Of a DNA stretch of 64,000 bases, positions 38,701 to 47,456 are shown in pieces (position 1 is the stretch's first letter; each line of letters begins with the position of its first letter). Below the pieces are notes generated by a model. It was not told the DNA's origin, searched no databases, and saw only the letters and a program-made list of their open reading frames with translations. The stretch comes from Ostreococcus lucimarinus. Its lineage: Eukaryota. Location: NCBI GenBank assembly GCA_000092065.1, contig CP000585.1; one strand, given 5' to 3'. Made by a program: the position numbers and the translations under genes.

Positions 38701-39915
38701 TCACTTGCCCGCGATCATGTCCTCGGACACGCGGTGGATGCTGTCGACGAGGTAGGCGACTTTTTCGACGTCTTCCTTGCCGCCCAAACCGGCGCCGAGG
38801 TTCGCGATGAGCTTTTGCGGACCGAAATCCTCAAGCATTTGCGTCACCTCTCTTTCGATGCCTTCGAAAGACGAGCCGCCTTCTTTGTTCAACAGGCTTG
38901 GGTCGAAGTTACCCTGAACGCCGGAGGGTTGGACGCCGCGCGTCTCGGCGTCGTGACTCAAGACGTCGCGGGCGACGACGCGGTCCATCGCGGTGTCGAT
39001 GGTGATGATGTCGTAACCGGCGCGCTGAAGGGCGGCGAGACCGTACGGGGCATCGCGCGCGAATCCCAGCAAAGGCACGGTCGGGTGGCGCTTTTTCAAT
39101 TCGCGCGCAATCTTCTCCATGCACGGCATGGCGTACTCGTAAAAGCTTTCCTCGGTGATGTGCTCGCACATCGCCTCAAACACTTGCACCATGTGCACCC
39201 CAGCCTTGACTTGCGCGTCGAGGTAATCGATCACAACGTCCGTCAGAATGTCCAACAACTTTTGCGCTTCCTTGGGGTGTTCTTTCAACCATCGCATCCC
39301 CGCATCCGTGTTCTTTCTCGACGACCCGCCGACCATGTAATACATGAGCGTCCACGGCGCCGCGCTGAACCCGATTAGCGGCACTCCCAAGCCTTCCTTT
39401 TCGATCTGCACGTTGATCTCCTTGACGCTCGCCAGCACGTGCGCCAACTTTTCGTTCACATCGATCGATTCCGGCACTCGATGCATATCCTCCGGTCCCC
39501 GAAGCGGATTCGGCACCAATATCCCCTTCCCGCCCGGCATCTCCACCTCGATGTTCAGCGCCTCCGCGATGACTAAGATATCGCTGAACAAAATCGCCGC
39601 GTCCAGGTTATAACGTCGAATCGGTTGCATCGTCACCTCCGCCACGTCTTTCGGGTCCGCCAGCAGCTCGAGAAAGTTTTTCCCCGTCGATTTCTTATAC
39701 TCGTTGTACTCGGGCAGGTGGCGTCCCGCCTGTCTGAACAGCCACACCGGCGTGCGTTCGACCCGCTCTCCGCGCGCCGCGCGAATCATCAGATCGTTCG
39801 CCGGCGTCGCGTTCGCGTTCGCGCGCGTCCGCGTCGCCTCGGCGCGTCGCGTTCGTCGTCGCGTCGCCGCCCGCGCGGGCGTCGACGGCGTCGATCGCAT
39901 CGCGCGCGTCGCCAT
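38701..39915 (-). CDS. UROD: uroporphyrinogen decarboxylase (HemE/UROD), plastid-targeted
   Basis: [29 protein letters not shown] matches the UROD N-terminal signature (LLLRAARGE.VERPPVWMMRQAGRYMPEY). Full-length alignment continues through [11 protein letters not shown] and the C-terminal [19 protein letters not shown]. The track ORF begins at a GTG; the first ATG is at 39915. Confidence 0.92.
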   Translation of the reverse strand: MATRAMRSTPSTPARAATRRRTRRAEATRTRANANATPANDLMIRAARGERVERTPVWLFRQAGRHLPEYNEYKKSTGKNFLELLADPKDVAEVTMQPIRRYNLDAAILFSDILVIAEALNIEVEMPGGKGILVPNPLRGPEDMHRVPESIDVNEKLAHVLASVKEINVQIEKEGLGVPLIGFSAAPWTLMYYMVGGSSRKNTDAGMRWLKEHPKEAQKLLDILTDVVIDYLDAQVKAGVHMVQVFEAMCEHITEESFYEYAMPCMEKIARELKKRHPTVPLLGFARDAPYGLAALQRAGYDIITIDTAMDRVVARDVLSHDAETRGVQPSGVQGNFDPSLLNKEGGSSFEGIEREVTQMLEDFGPQKLIANLGAGLGGKEDVEKVAYLVDSIHRVSEDMIAGK

Positions 39916-40249
39916 CGCGCGTCCTTCGGCGTCCACTCGCGAGTCGCGCGCGCGCCGGTCCCGCGCCGGGCGTCGAGGGCGTCGAGCCGCGTGCGTTCGC
40001 GCGCGCGCCGGGTCGTCGGCCTCGCGCGGGTCCGCGCGGCGACGTGCGGCGTCGCGACGGCGTTATCCGCGCGCGGGGCGCGCGCTTTTGATTAGACGCA
40101 CCGTATTTAAGGGATCTATATACGCCGTCGTACTGTTTGCTCGATGTCGTTCGAGCCGCCGCCGCCGCCGCGCGCGCGTCGACGCCGCGCTTCGCCGCGC
40201 GCGTCGCCGGGCGCGCTCGCGACGCGACCGCGCGCGAGAGTCGCGCGCG

Positions 40250-42799
40250 ATGCCCGGCCCGAGCGCGCACGGGCAGCGAAACAAGAAACACAACAGCGGG
40301 AAGCATCAATCGAAACACTCGTGGAGGAAGCACAAGACGTCGAGCGATGCGTCGACGCGCGAGATGTTCGGCGCGCGCGCGCGGGCGTCGATGAAGATCG
40401 GACACGGCGTGGGGAATAAACGCGAGCGGGCGCTGCGAGGGAAACAGATTCGAGACGCGAACAGAGAGGCGCTGGTGATGGAACGAAGACACGCGAGGGC
40501 GACGCCGAGAGTCGTGGGCGTGTTGGCGTTCAACGAGGAAGAACAGGGATTGGATGATTTGCGAGCGTGCTTGGAGACGTTGGTGCGAACGATGCGAGGG
40601 GATGAGGACGCTGGGGGGGAGGAGGAGGCGGGGACGTTCGTTAAGGGGATGTTTGACGATTGCGTGACGCCGCGGACGACGACGTGCGGGCGGCATCGGC
40701 AACGAGTTTCGTTTCTTTTGATCAACTCAGCGAACGTGATGTCGGCGTTGGAGACGCTCAAAGTGTGCGATTTGTTGATGGTGATCGCGCCCGTGAGCGC
40801 GCACGAGCCGAGCGCGGTGGTGGCGCGGTGTTTACCGACGCTGAAGGCGCTCGGGATTCCGCAAACGCTCCTCGCGCTCAGAGGATTGGACGACGTGAAG
40901 CAAGCGAAGAGGCAAGAGGTGAAAAAAGCGATGCTGAACATCGTCGCGACAGAGTTACAAATTCCCACCGACCGCGTGAAAACGCTACCGGCCACATCGC
41001 GAGCCGAATTCACCGAGTTGGTGCGACAAACGGTGGAGCTTCGCGGCGAGACGCCGCGTTGGCGCGGTCAGCGGCCGTATGTGCTCGCGCATCGTCGCGA
41101 GATCATCCCCGACGTGAGCGACGATCGATTTGCTACCGTCGTCGTTGAAGGGTACGTTCGTGGTGTGCCTGCGACCGCGAGTCAGCTTTGGCATTTGCCG
41201 GGCGTGGGCGACTTCCCAGTCGTTAAAATTGAGTCCATCGCCGAGCCTGCGCAGGCGCGCGCGAACGCTGTGAGTCGTAACGACGCAGCGATGGAAGGTA
41301 ACGAGGTACTGATGACGTGGACGCGGGATGCCAACATAGCTCAGGAAGTTATGCGGGAAAACCAACCGGATTCAATGGCTGGTGAACAAACGTGGCCGAC
41401 GGCAACAGAGCTCCAACTCGCCGAGCTCGAGGCGAAGAGGAAAACTCGCCCGGCTGGTATGAGCGATTATCAAGCATCGTGGCTTTTAGACGCCAACGAA
41501 GATGGCAACGCCAATGAAGACGCAGATGATGCCGACGACGCCACCATGGACGACGCGCCTGGAGATGACACATTTGGCGCCGAGGCGGAGATGCGCGAAG
41601 GCGGTGCCGACATCGCGGAAGATGGGGAATCAGATGAAGAATGGGTGAATGCTGGTGGTGATGATGAAGACGAGGTCGATTTGGAAACGCGTCGAAACCT
41701 GGACATGGCCGAGCGCGATAGTAACAAGCGCGCGGCGCTTCAAGACGCAGAGAATGAGGACATGAAGTTTCCAGACGAAATGGACACGCCAGCGCATTGC
41801 GTCGCTCGCGACAGATTCGCAAAGTACAGAGGGTTAAAATCTTTCAGATCTTCGCCGTGGGATCCCAAAGAGTCGCTTCCCTACGATTACTCGCGCGTGT
41901 TTGCGTTCGAAAACTTCAAGCGCGCGCATAAACGCGCGCTACAAGTTCAAGAAGAGGACTCAGTGGGCGGCGCGCAAATCGGAACGTACGTGCGAATCAC
42001 CATCGCTGGCGTCCCACGCGTTCCCGTCACCGCTCTTTTCGAAGGCTTGGGCGGATACGAAGCCCCGAATCCGAACGTGTGCCCGCGGAGCGAAGATGGC
42101 AAGATCGGTCTCGGCGTTGGTCCGTCCTGGAGCGGTTGGGTTGGTGGCGCCGGGCCTGTGGTGTTGAGTGGCTTGATGCAGTACGAGTCATGCCTTTCGC
42201 TGATGAACTATTGCGTCACAAAGTCGACGTACTACGACGCGCCGTTAAAGTCGAAGGATCCACTTTGGTTCCACGTCGGATTTCGCCGCGAGCGCGCTGG
42301 TCCGGTGTATAACACCGATAATCTCGGCGATAAGCACAAGCTCGAGCGCTTTTTGCGCGCTCGCTCGCCGACGATTGCCAGCGTGTACGCGCCCATCACG
42401 TACGGGCCGGCGCCCGTGATCGGGTTCAAGGAATCGTTCACATCACACGGGATCAAAGTCGATCTCTGTCTCACGGGATCCGTACGCGATGCGAACCCAG
42501 ATAGAATCGTCCTCAAGCGAGTAATCCTGAGCGCGCTTCCGTTTCGTACGCACAAACACAAGGCGGTGGCGCGATACATGTTCCACAATCCCAACGACAT
42601 TCGTTGGTTCAAACCTTTGGAACTTTGGACAAAGTACGGATTGCGAGGTAAAATCGTCGAGCCCGTGGGCACGCACGGTCGCATGAAGTGCGTGTTCAAC
42701 AACGTCATCCATCAGCACGACACGATTTGCGCGACGCTTTATAAGCGCATCTACCCGAAATTCGCCGCATCGGAGCAGCACGCGCACGCCGCGACGTGA
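40250..42799 (+). CDS. TSR1: pre-rRNA processing protein TSR1 (BMS1/TSR1 family, AARP2CN plus DUF663 domains)
   Basis: Starts MPGPSAHGQRNKKHNSGKHQSKH (TSR1-type basic N-terminus). A degenerate GTPase-like domain precedes an acidic insert. The conserved C-terminal domain follows (FRSSPWDPKESLPYDYSRVFAFENF...GPVYNTDNLGDKHKLERFLRARSPTIASVYAPITYGPAPVIGF). The track ORF (from 39704) begins at a non-ATG codon and has an Arg-rich artefactual leader. Confidence 0.88.
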   Translation: MPGPSAHGQRNKKHNSGKHQSKHSWRKHKTSSDASTREMFGARARASMKIGHGVGNKRERALRGKQIRDANREALVMERRHARATPRVVGVLAFNEEEQGLDDLRACLETLVRTMRGDEDAGGEEEAGTFVKGMFDDCVTPRTTTCGRHRQRVSFLLINSANVMSALETLKVCDLLMVIAPVSAHEPSAVVARCLPTLKALGIPQTLLALRGLDDVKQAKRQEVKKAMLNIVATELQIPTDRVKTLPATSRAEFTELVRQTVELRGETPRWRGQRPYVLAHRREIIPDVSDDRFATVVVEGYVRGVPATASQLWHLPGVGDFPVVKIESIAEPAQARANAVSRNDAAMEGNEVLMTWTRDANIAQEVMRENQPDSMAGEQTWPTATELQLAELEAKRKTRPAGMSDYQASWLLDANEDGNANEDADDADDATMDDAPGDDTFGAEAEMREGGADIAEDGESDEEWVNAGGDDEDEVDLETRRNLDMAERDSNKRAALQDAENEDMKFPDEMDTPAHCVARDRFAKYRGLKSFRSSPWDPKESLPYDYSRVFAFENFKRAHKRALQVQEEDSVGGAQIGTYVRITIAGVPRVPVTALFEGLGGYEAPNPNVCPRSEDGKIGLGVGPSWSGWVGGAGPVVLSGLMQYESCLSLMNYCVTKSTYYDAPLKSKDPLWFHVGFRRERAGPVYNTDNLGDKHKLERFLRARSPTIASVYAPITYGPAPVIGFKESFTSHGIKVDLCLTGSVRDANPDRIVLKRVILSALPFRTHKHKAVARYMFHNPNDIRWFKPLELWTKYGLRGKIVEPVGTHGRMKCVFNNVIHQHDTICATLYKRIYPKFAASEQHAHAAT

Positions 42800-43038
42800 T
42801 TTAACGAAGCGAACGCGCGCGCGCGATGGCGGCACCGACACCCCGACGATGTAACGTAAATATTAGCACGAGTTTGAGTCGTAAAAGCGACGTCTGCGCG
42901 GTTTTCGTCGGCGCGGTTTTCATCATTTCAATAAACTAACGACACCATCGCCATCGCGTCGTCGTCGCCGCCATCGCGACGCCCGACCAAAGACAACACT
43001 CTACGTCCGCGCGCGCGCTTCCGCGTCGTCGAGATCGA

Positions 43039-43419
43039 TTAATCATCATCCTTAAACTCGCGTCTATCCAAGTACCGACTCGGGCGCAGCTCCGCGATCT
43101 CCTCCGGCGACATTTGTTCCCCGGTCGCCTTCAGCGTCGCCCTGTTCAGCTCGCGAATCTCTTCCAATCGCTCCTTATCCCGTCGCTCCTGCCACACGAA
43201 GAAGATCGGGATCCCGAGCCCCGCGCCGAGGCCCAGCACGGCGGCCCCGATGGCGGTCACCGTCTCCTCGTTCAGGTCGATCGCCGTCTGCGCCACCACC
43301 TGCGCGGCGTTCGCGCGCGGCGACACCGCGATCGCGCGACGCGATCGTCGCGCGACGTTCGCGCGCGCCGACGCGCGCGCGACGCGCGCGGGCGCGACGG
43401 TGTTCGTCACCGCGCGCAT
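43039..43419 (-). CDS. hypothetical small plastid membrane protein (transit peptide, one TM, C-terminal charged helix)
   Basis: ATG at 43419 (MRAVTNTVAPARVARASARANVARRSRRAIAVSPRANA...). TM: AIGAAVLGLGAGLGIPIFFVW. The helical C-terminus is ERRDKERLEEIRELNRATLKATGEQMSPEEIAELRP. The 699 nt of track ORF upstream are an Arg-rich artefact. Confidence 0.55.
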   Translation of the reverse strand: MRAVTNTVAPARVARASARANVARRSRRAIAVSPRANAAQVVAQTAIDLNEETVTAIGAAVLGLGAGLGIPIFFVWQERRDKERLEEIRELNRATLKATGEQMSPEEIAELRPSRYLDRREFKDDD

Positions 43420-43671
43420 GTTTCTGCGGTCGGCGCGCGACCGCGATAGGGTCGACGTCACGGCGATCGCGCGACCGCGGGCGCGGGCGCCGGCGAACCC
43501 GCGCGCGAGGTTGGACGCGCGGCGTCGAACGACGTCGCGTCGATCGCGCGCGCGCGGGAGTCGACTGCAGTCGACGACGCGCGGACGCGGCGCGCGCGAC
43601 GCGCGGGCGACGCGCGACGCGCGGGCGAAGGGCGAGGGGCGACGCGCGACGACGCGGCGCGCGCGGCCGCG

Positions 43672-44142
43672 ATGAAGAAGACGATCGCGCTCGCGCGCGC
43701 GCAGTTTACGAGGGATGAAGCGCTCGTCGAGAAGATTCGCGGGCGCGGGCGCGAGCGCGCGCGCGACGCCGCCGCCGACGACGACGACGACGACGACGAG
43801 GGAGAGACGGTGACGTGGACGAAAGCCGAGGTGGTTCGACTGAACGCGTACTCGAAGTACTTCCTCGCGTGGTATCTGGGAACGATCGCGGGGATCATGG
43901 GGTTCTTTGGATTTGGTTGGACCGTGTGGGGCGCGTTCTTCATCAACGTCGGGACGTACTTTTTTGAGACGATGTACTTGCGGATCGATCTGGATGAGAT
44001 CGGAGAGGGAATGGAGTTCTTCTTGGACTCTCTCGCGTCGAGTTACGGGGTGTTTGTGCTGACTTGGGTGGTGGTCGCGGAGACGCTCGGGCGCTCGCGC
44101 GCGCAGATGCCCACTCACACGATTCCGCGCTTTGGCGGGTGA
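43672..44142 (+). CDS. hypothetical small membrane protein (3 TM)
   Basis: ATG at 43672. A poly-Asp stretch is followed by three aromatic-rich helices (YFLAWYLGTIAGIMGFFGFGWTVWGAFFINVGTYFF; YGVFVLTWVVVAETL). It is divergent from the gene at 43419 (a shared ~250-bp promoter). Confidence 0.5.
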   Translation: MKKTIALARAQFTRDEALVEKIRGRGRERARDAAADDDDDDDEGETVTWTKAEVVRLNAYSKYFLAWYLGTIAGIMGFFGFGWTVWGAFFINVGTYFFETMYLRIDLDEIGEGMEFFLDSLASSYGVFVLTWVVVAETLGRSRAQMPTHTIPRFGG

Positions 44143-44288
44143 CGCGCGCGTCGACGTTCGTGGTGAGGGGTTATTTTTGTATAGCCTTGTAATTAATATA
44201 CTCGATGTTGAAACAAAATTCGTGTCGGCGCGCGTTGGAGCTGCGGTGGCGGCCGTTATTCGTACATTTCAAAGACGGAGAAACATTC

Positions 44289-45713
44289 TCATCGACGTCT
44301 GCCTCGGCGCAAACCGAGAAGAAGTTCACTAGCGTCAGAGAGCTCCGACATGCAGCTTTTCGACGCCACGAGCGAACCAGCGACAGATGGCGTGGCGCTA
44401 GCAAAACCATCGCGGTTGATTCCCGAGTGTTCTGTGCTCATGGGATTCATGTACGATCTCGCGGGGACGGTCTCCGACGCGCGCGGCTGCGGTCTCTTTG
44501 GCGATTCGTCCACTTGCGAACGTTGCAAACCGGCATTGTTCGCGCTTTTCGCTGCCGCGTTTACGACGCTTTCAAGCGCGTACGCGCCTCGAGACACATT
44601 GAGGAATCGTGCGTCTTGACTCAGACGACTGTACAGTGTGTTCGCCGGCGTCTTTCCGGCGAGCCTTACGAGCGAACGATCCTTGATCAAGCGCACCATT
44701 TCGCTCACTTGCAAACCTTCGGGGCCGGCGGTGAGTAAGAGGTGATAACACGCCTCGGAAATCGACTTGAACGGGCAATCCGTTTCGTCCGAGGTCACTA
44801 TGCCCTTGCCCGAGTCCCCGACGAAGGAGCCGCCTACGGTCATCGGCGGCTTACTCGTTGTATTCCCTGAATGATGTTCGCTCGTCGTCATCGTGCCGCC
44901 AAAGTTACTCGGCACTGCCTCGCGCTTGTAGCGCTTGGTGCTATCGCCGGCTTCACTGACGCTCATCATCGCCGCCAAGTGCTTGTACGCGGAATCTGGT
45001 CCGACAATACCACTTTCCTGCGGCGCGCCTCTCGGCGACCAACGCCCGTACGGTGACAACGTCCAACCTCTTCTAATCGACGCGTGCTTAGGCCGTGTCT
45101 TATTCCACGTCTCGCGAATCCACGATTGTCCGGTGGAGTCTTGGAACACTATCAAGGATGTATCGTTATTCACGCCAACGCCCGGAAAACAAACGACAAT
45201 TTTCCCGCGAGCGTCGGTGATTTGAGAAATATATCCTTCGCACCACCTGTTGTTGTAATGCACGTCGACCTCCTCGTTCAAGCGACGAGACGCGTCCACG
45301 GCTAGATTGTCAACTGGTGGTGTCGGGCGAACAGTACTCGACAGCGTGCTCGTGGGCAAACGAACGTTATCTGCGACACCATCGCCGCCGCCTTCCGGCG
45401 CGACGCCGAGCGTGATAAACTCCCCGTCGTTTTCGATAACCTTGGCGCTCGCCCAGGTCGCGCCGTGGGACTTGTGCGGACGCGCTACTTCTACCATTGA
45501 CCCTGGTTCGTACGCCAAGTTCACGTCAACGAGCTCCGAACCCGAACTCTTGTCACTTTCGCTCTCGCACCCGACGTAGTCCTCCGTCTCGCGACGACGC
45601 TTGCGACAAGCCGCCGCGCCCGCGAACTCAACCTCATCCGCACCCCGTCGCCCCGTCGACTCCCCGTCCAGATCGATCACTTTATACGTCGCGCGTTTGA
45701 CCAGCACAAACAT
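44289..45713 (-). CDS. chromatin-reader-like protein: tandem Agenet/Tudor-like barrels plus C-terminal HARE-HTH winged helix
   Basis: Two small beta-barrel modules (GSMVEVARPHKSHGATWASAKVIENDGEFITLGV; VDVHYNNRWCEGYISQITDARGKIVVCFPG) resemble Agenet/Tudor. The C-terminal CYHLLLTAGPEGLQVSEMVRLIKDRSLVRLAGKTPANTLYSRLSQDARFLNVSRGAYAL matches the HARE-HTH pattern (...TP..TL...LS.D.RF..V.RG.YAL). Confidence 0.65.
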   Translation of the reverse strand: MFVLVKRATYKVIDLDGESTGRRGADEVEFAGAAACRKRRRETEDYVGCESESDKSSGSELVDVNLAYEPGSMVEVARPHKSHGATWASAKVIENDGEFITLGVAPEGGGDGVADNVRLPTSTLSSTVRPTPPVDNLAVDASRRLNEEVDVHYNNRWCEGYISQITDARGKIVVCFPGVGVNNDTSLIVFQDSTGQSWIRETWNKTRPKHASIRRGWTLSPYGRWSPRGAPQESGIVGPDSAYKHLAAMMSVSEAGDSTKRYKREAVPSNFGGTMTTSEHHSGNTTSKPPMTVGGSFVGDSGKGIVTSDETDCPFKSISEACYHLLLTAGPEGLQVSEMVRLIKDRSLVRLAGKTPANTLYSRLSQDARFLNVSRGAYALESVVNAAAKSANNAGLQRSQVDESPKRPQPRASETVPARSYMNPMSTEHSGINRDGFASATPSVAGSLVASKSCMSELSDASELLLGLRRGRRR

Positions 45714-47456
45714 CGGATCTACGTTCGCGTTCGCATCGTCAGTCTTCTTGCCGAAAAATCGTCGCGCGTCCTACGTCGCCTCGCCTTCGTCGTCGTCGCA
45801 CCTTTAGACAACTGTCCGACGATCGTATTCTGCGGCGTCGCACCGCCGAGTTTCACCCCACCCGATCGCTCTCGAACAGCTCTCGTGATCTCTTTCACCT
45901 ATCGTCGCCCGTCGCGCGTCGCGCGTCGCGTCGTCAGTCTCGCGTTCGCCTCGGCGCGTCGACATCGCGGTCCGTGTGCGTGTACAGTCTCACACCGGCC
46001 CCCGTCCGCGCGGGGATACCCCCGTCGTCGCCTCGCGCGCGCACCGTCAGGCCCTGTTCCCCCGCCGCGCGCAGTGCGTCGTAACACGCGCGTTTGATCG
46101 TCCCCTCGCGGAACCGCGACGCCATTCTCGTCGCCGCGCCGCGCGCACGCCCTCGCGAATCCACGGTCGTTCGCGTCGTTCGCGACGCGATTCCCGTCGA
46201 CGAATCCGGCGCGCCGCGACGCGCGCGCGACGCGCGCGCGCCCGATCGCGCGAGATACGCGCGGTAGAGAATACGATCGAAGTCGTCGACGCGAACGAAG
46301 GCGCTCGCCGCGATCGCGCGACGCGCGAAACGCGCGTGCGAGTGCGGCGCGCGGTGCATTTCGGGCGCGCCGACCCCGTCGCGGTCGTCGAGTCCTGACT
46401 CGTCCGAGAAAATCTCTCGCGCGCGCGCGTGCCGAGCCGACAGCGCGCGCGCGCGCGCGACGCCGCGACGGCGCGCGCGGCGCGTCGATCGCGCGGCGAC
46501 GCGCGATGATGATCGCGTCGTCGATCGAACGCGGGCGAGACGGCGCCGCGACCGCGCCCGCGCGGGGAGCGGGCGTCGATCGCGCGCTCGCCCTAGAATT
46601 CCGACATTGGCACCGCACGGGGCGCTATGGGACGCAGTCGGATCCGACGCATCCGCGCGCGACGCGGCGTCGTCGCGATCGCGATCGACGTCGCGCGACG
46701 ACATCCCGCGAGCGTAACATTCGCGCGCGCGTCCGCGCGCGCGATCGTCGCGTTCGCGCGTCGCGCGACGCGTCGCGACGCGCCGAACGCCTCGACCGAC
46801 CGCGTCCGCGAGCGCGCGGCCGCGACGCGACGTCCGCGCGTCGCGCGCGCGTCGCCGCGCGCGATCAAGCGCGCGTCGCGCCGCATTCGCGCGCGCGAAT
46901 TAATCCCCGATCGCGCGCGCGCGCGTCGGGCGTCGTCGTCGCGCGTCGCGCGCCGCGCGCCCGCGCGCGCGCGTCGCGACGAGTCCCGATGGGCGCGCGC
47001 GGGCGCCCATCGCGCGAAATTGCAAAAAATACTCGACGTTTCGAATTCTCGTACGCGCATTCAGTGAGACGATGCGAACCGTTGCGAATCGCGAAAACAC
47101 GGCGGATGTCGTCGGGCGCGATGGACGACCGACCGCGCTCCAGGGGTGGCGCGCGTCGCGTCGTCGGCACTAAACCACGCGCGATGTCTCTCGCGAACGA
47201 GCTCGCGATGAAGTCCGCGGTCGCGTCTCGCGCGATCGCGACCAAGGTGCGCGCGACGGCGGCGCGCGCGCGCGAACGGCGGCGCGATCGGCGCGCGATG
47301 GCGCGCCATCGTCGACGCTTCGATCGGATACGTCGAGACGATCGGACCGCGAGGACGACGCGCGCGCGGTCGGGACGACGCGCGATCGCGCGGGGTGGTT
47401 GGAGCGAGCGTCGCGGGATGTGTAGAGACTGACGGTGGAGCACGCGCGCGCGCGCG

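Noticed and set aside
39704-40249. Track N-terminus of the TSR1 ORF (182 Arg-rich residues from a non-ATG start), and likewise GTG/TTG-initiated leaders of the UROD, SC5D, metallophosphoesterase and 2OG-like genes
   Set aside because: The ORF track uses alternative start codons. In a eukaryotic nuclear gene the first ATG with a homologous N-terminus is preferred, and the leaders are low-complexity.
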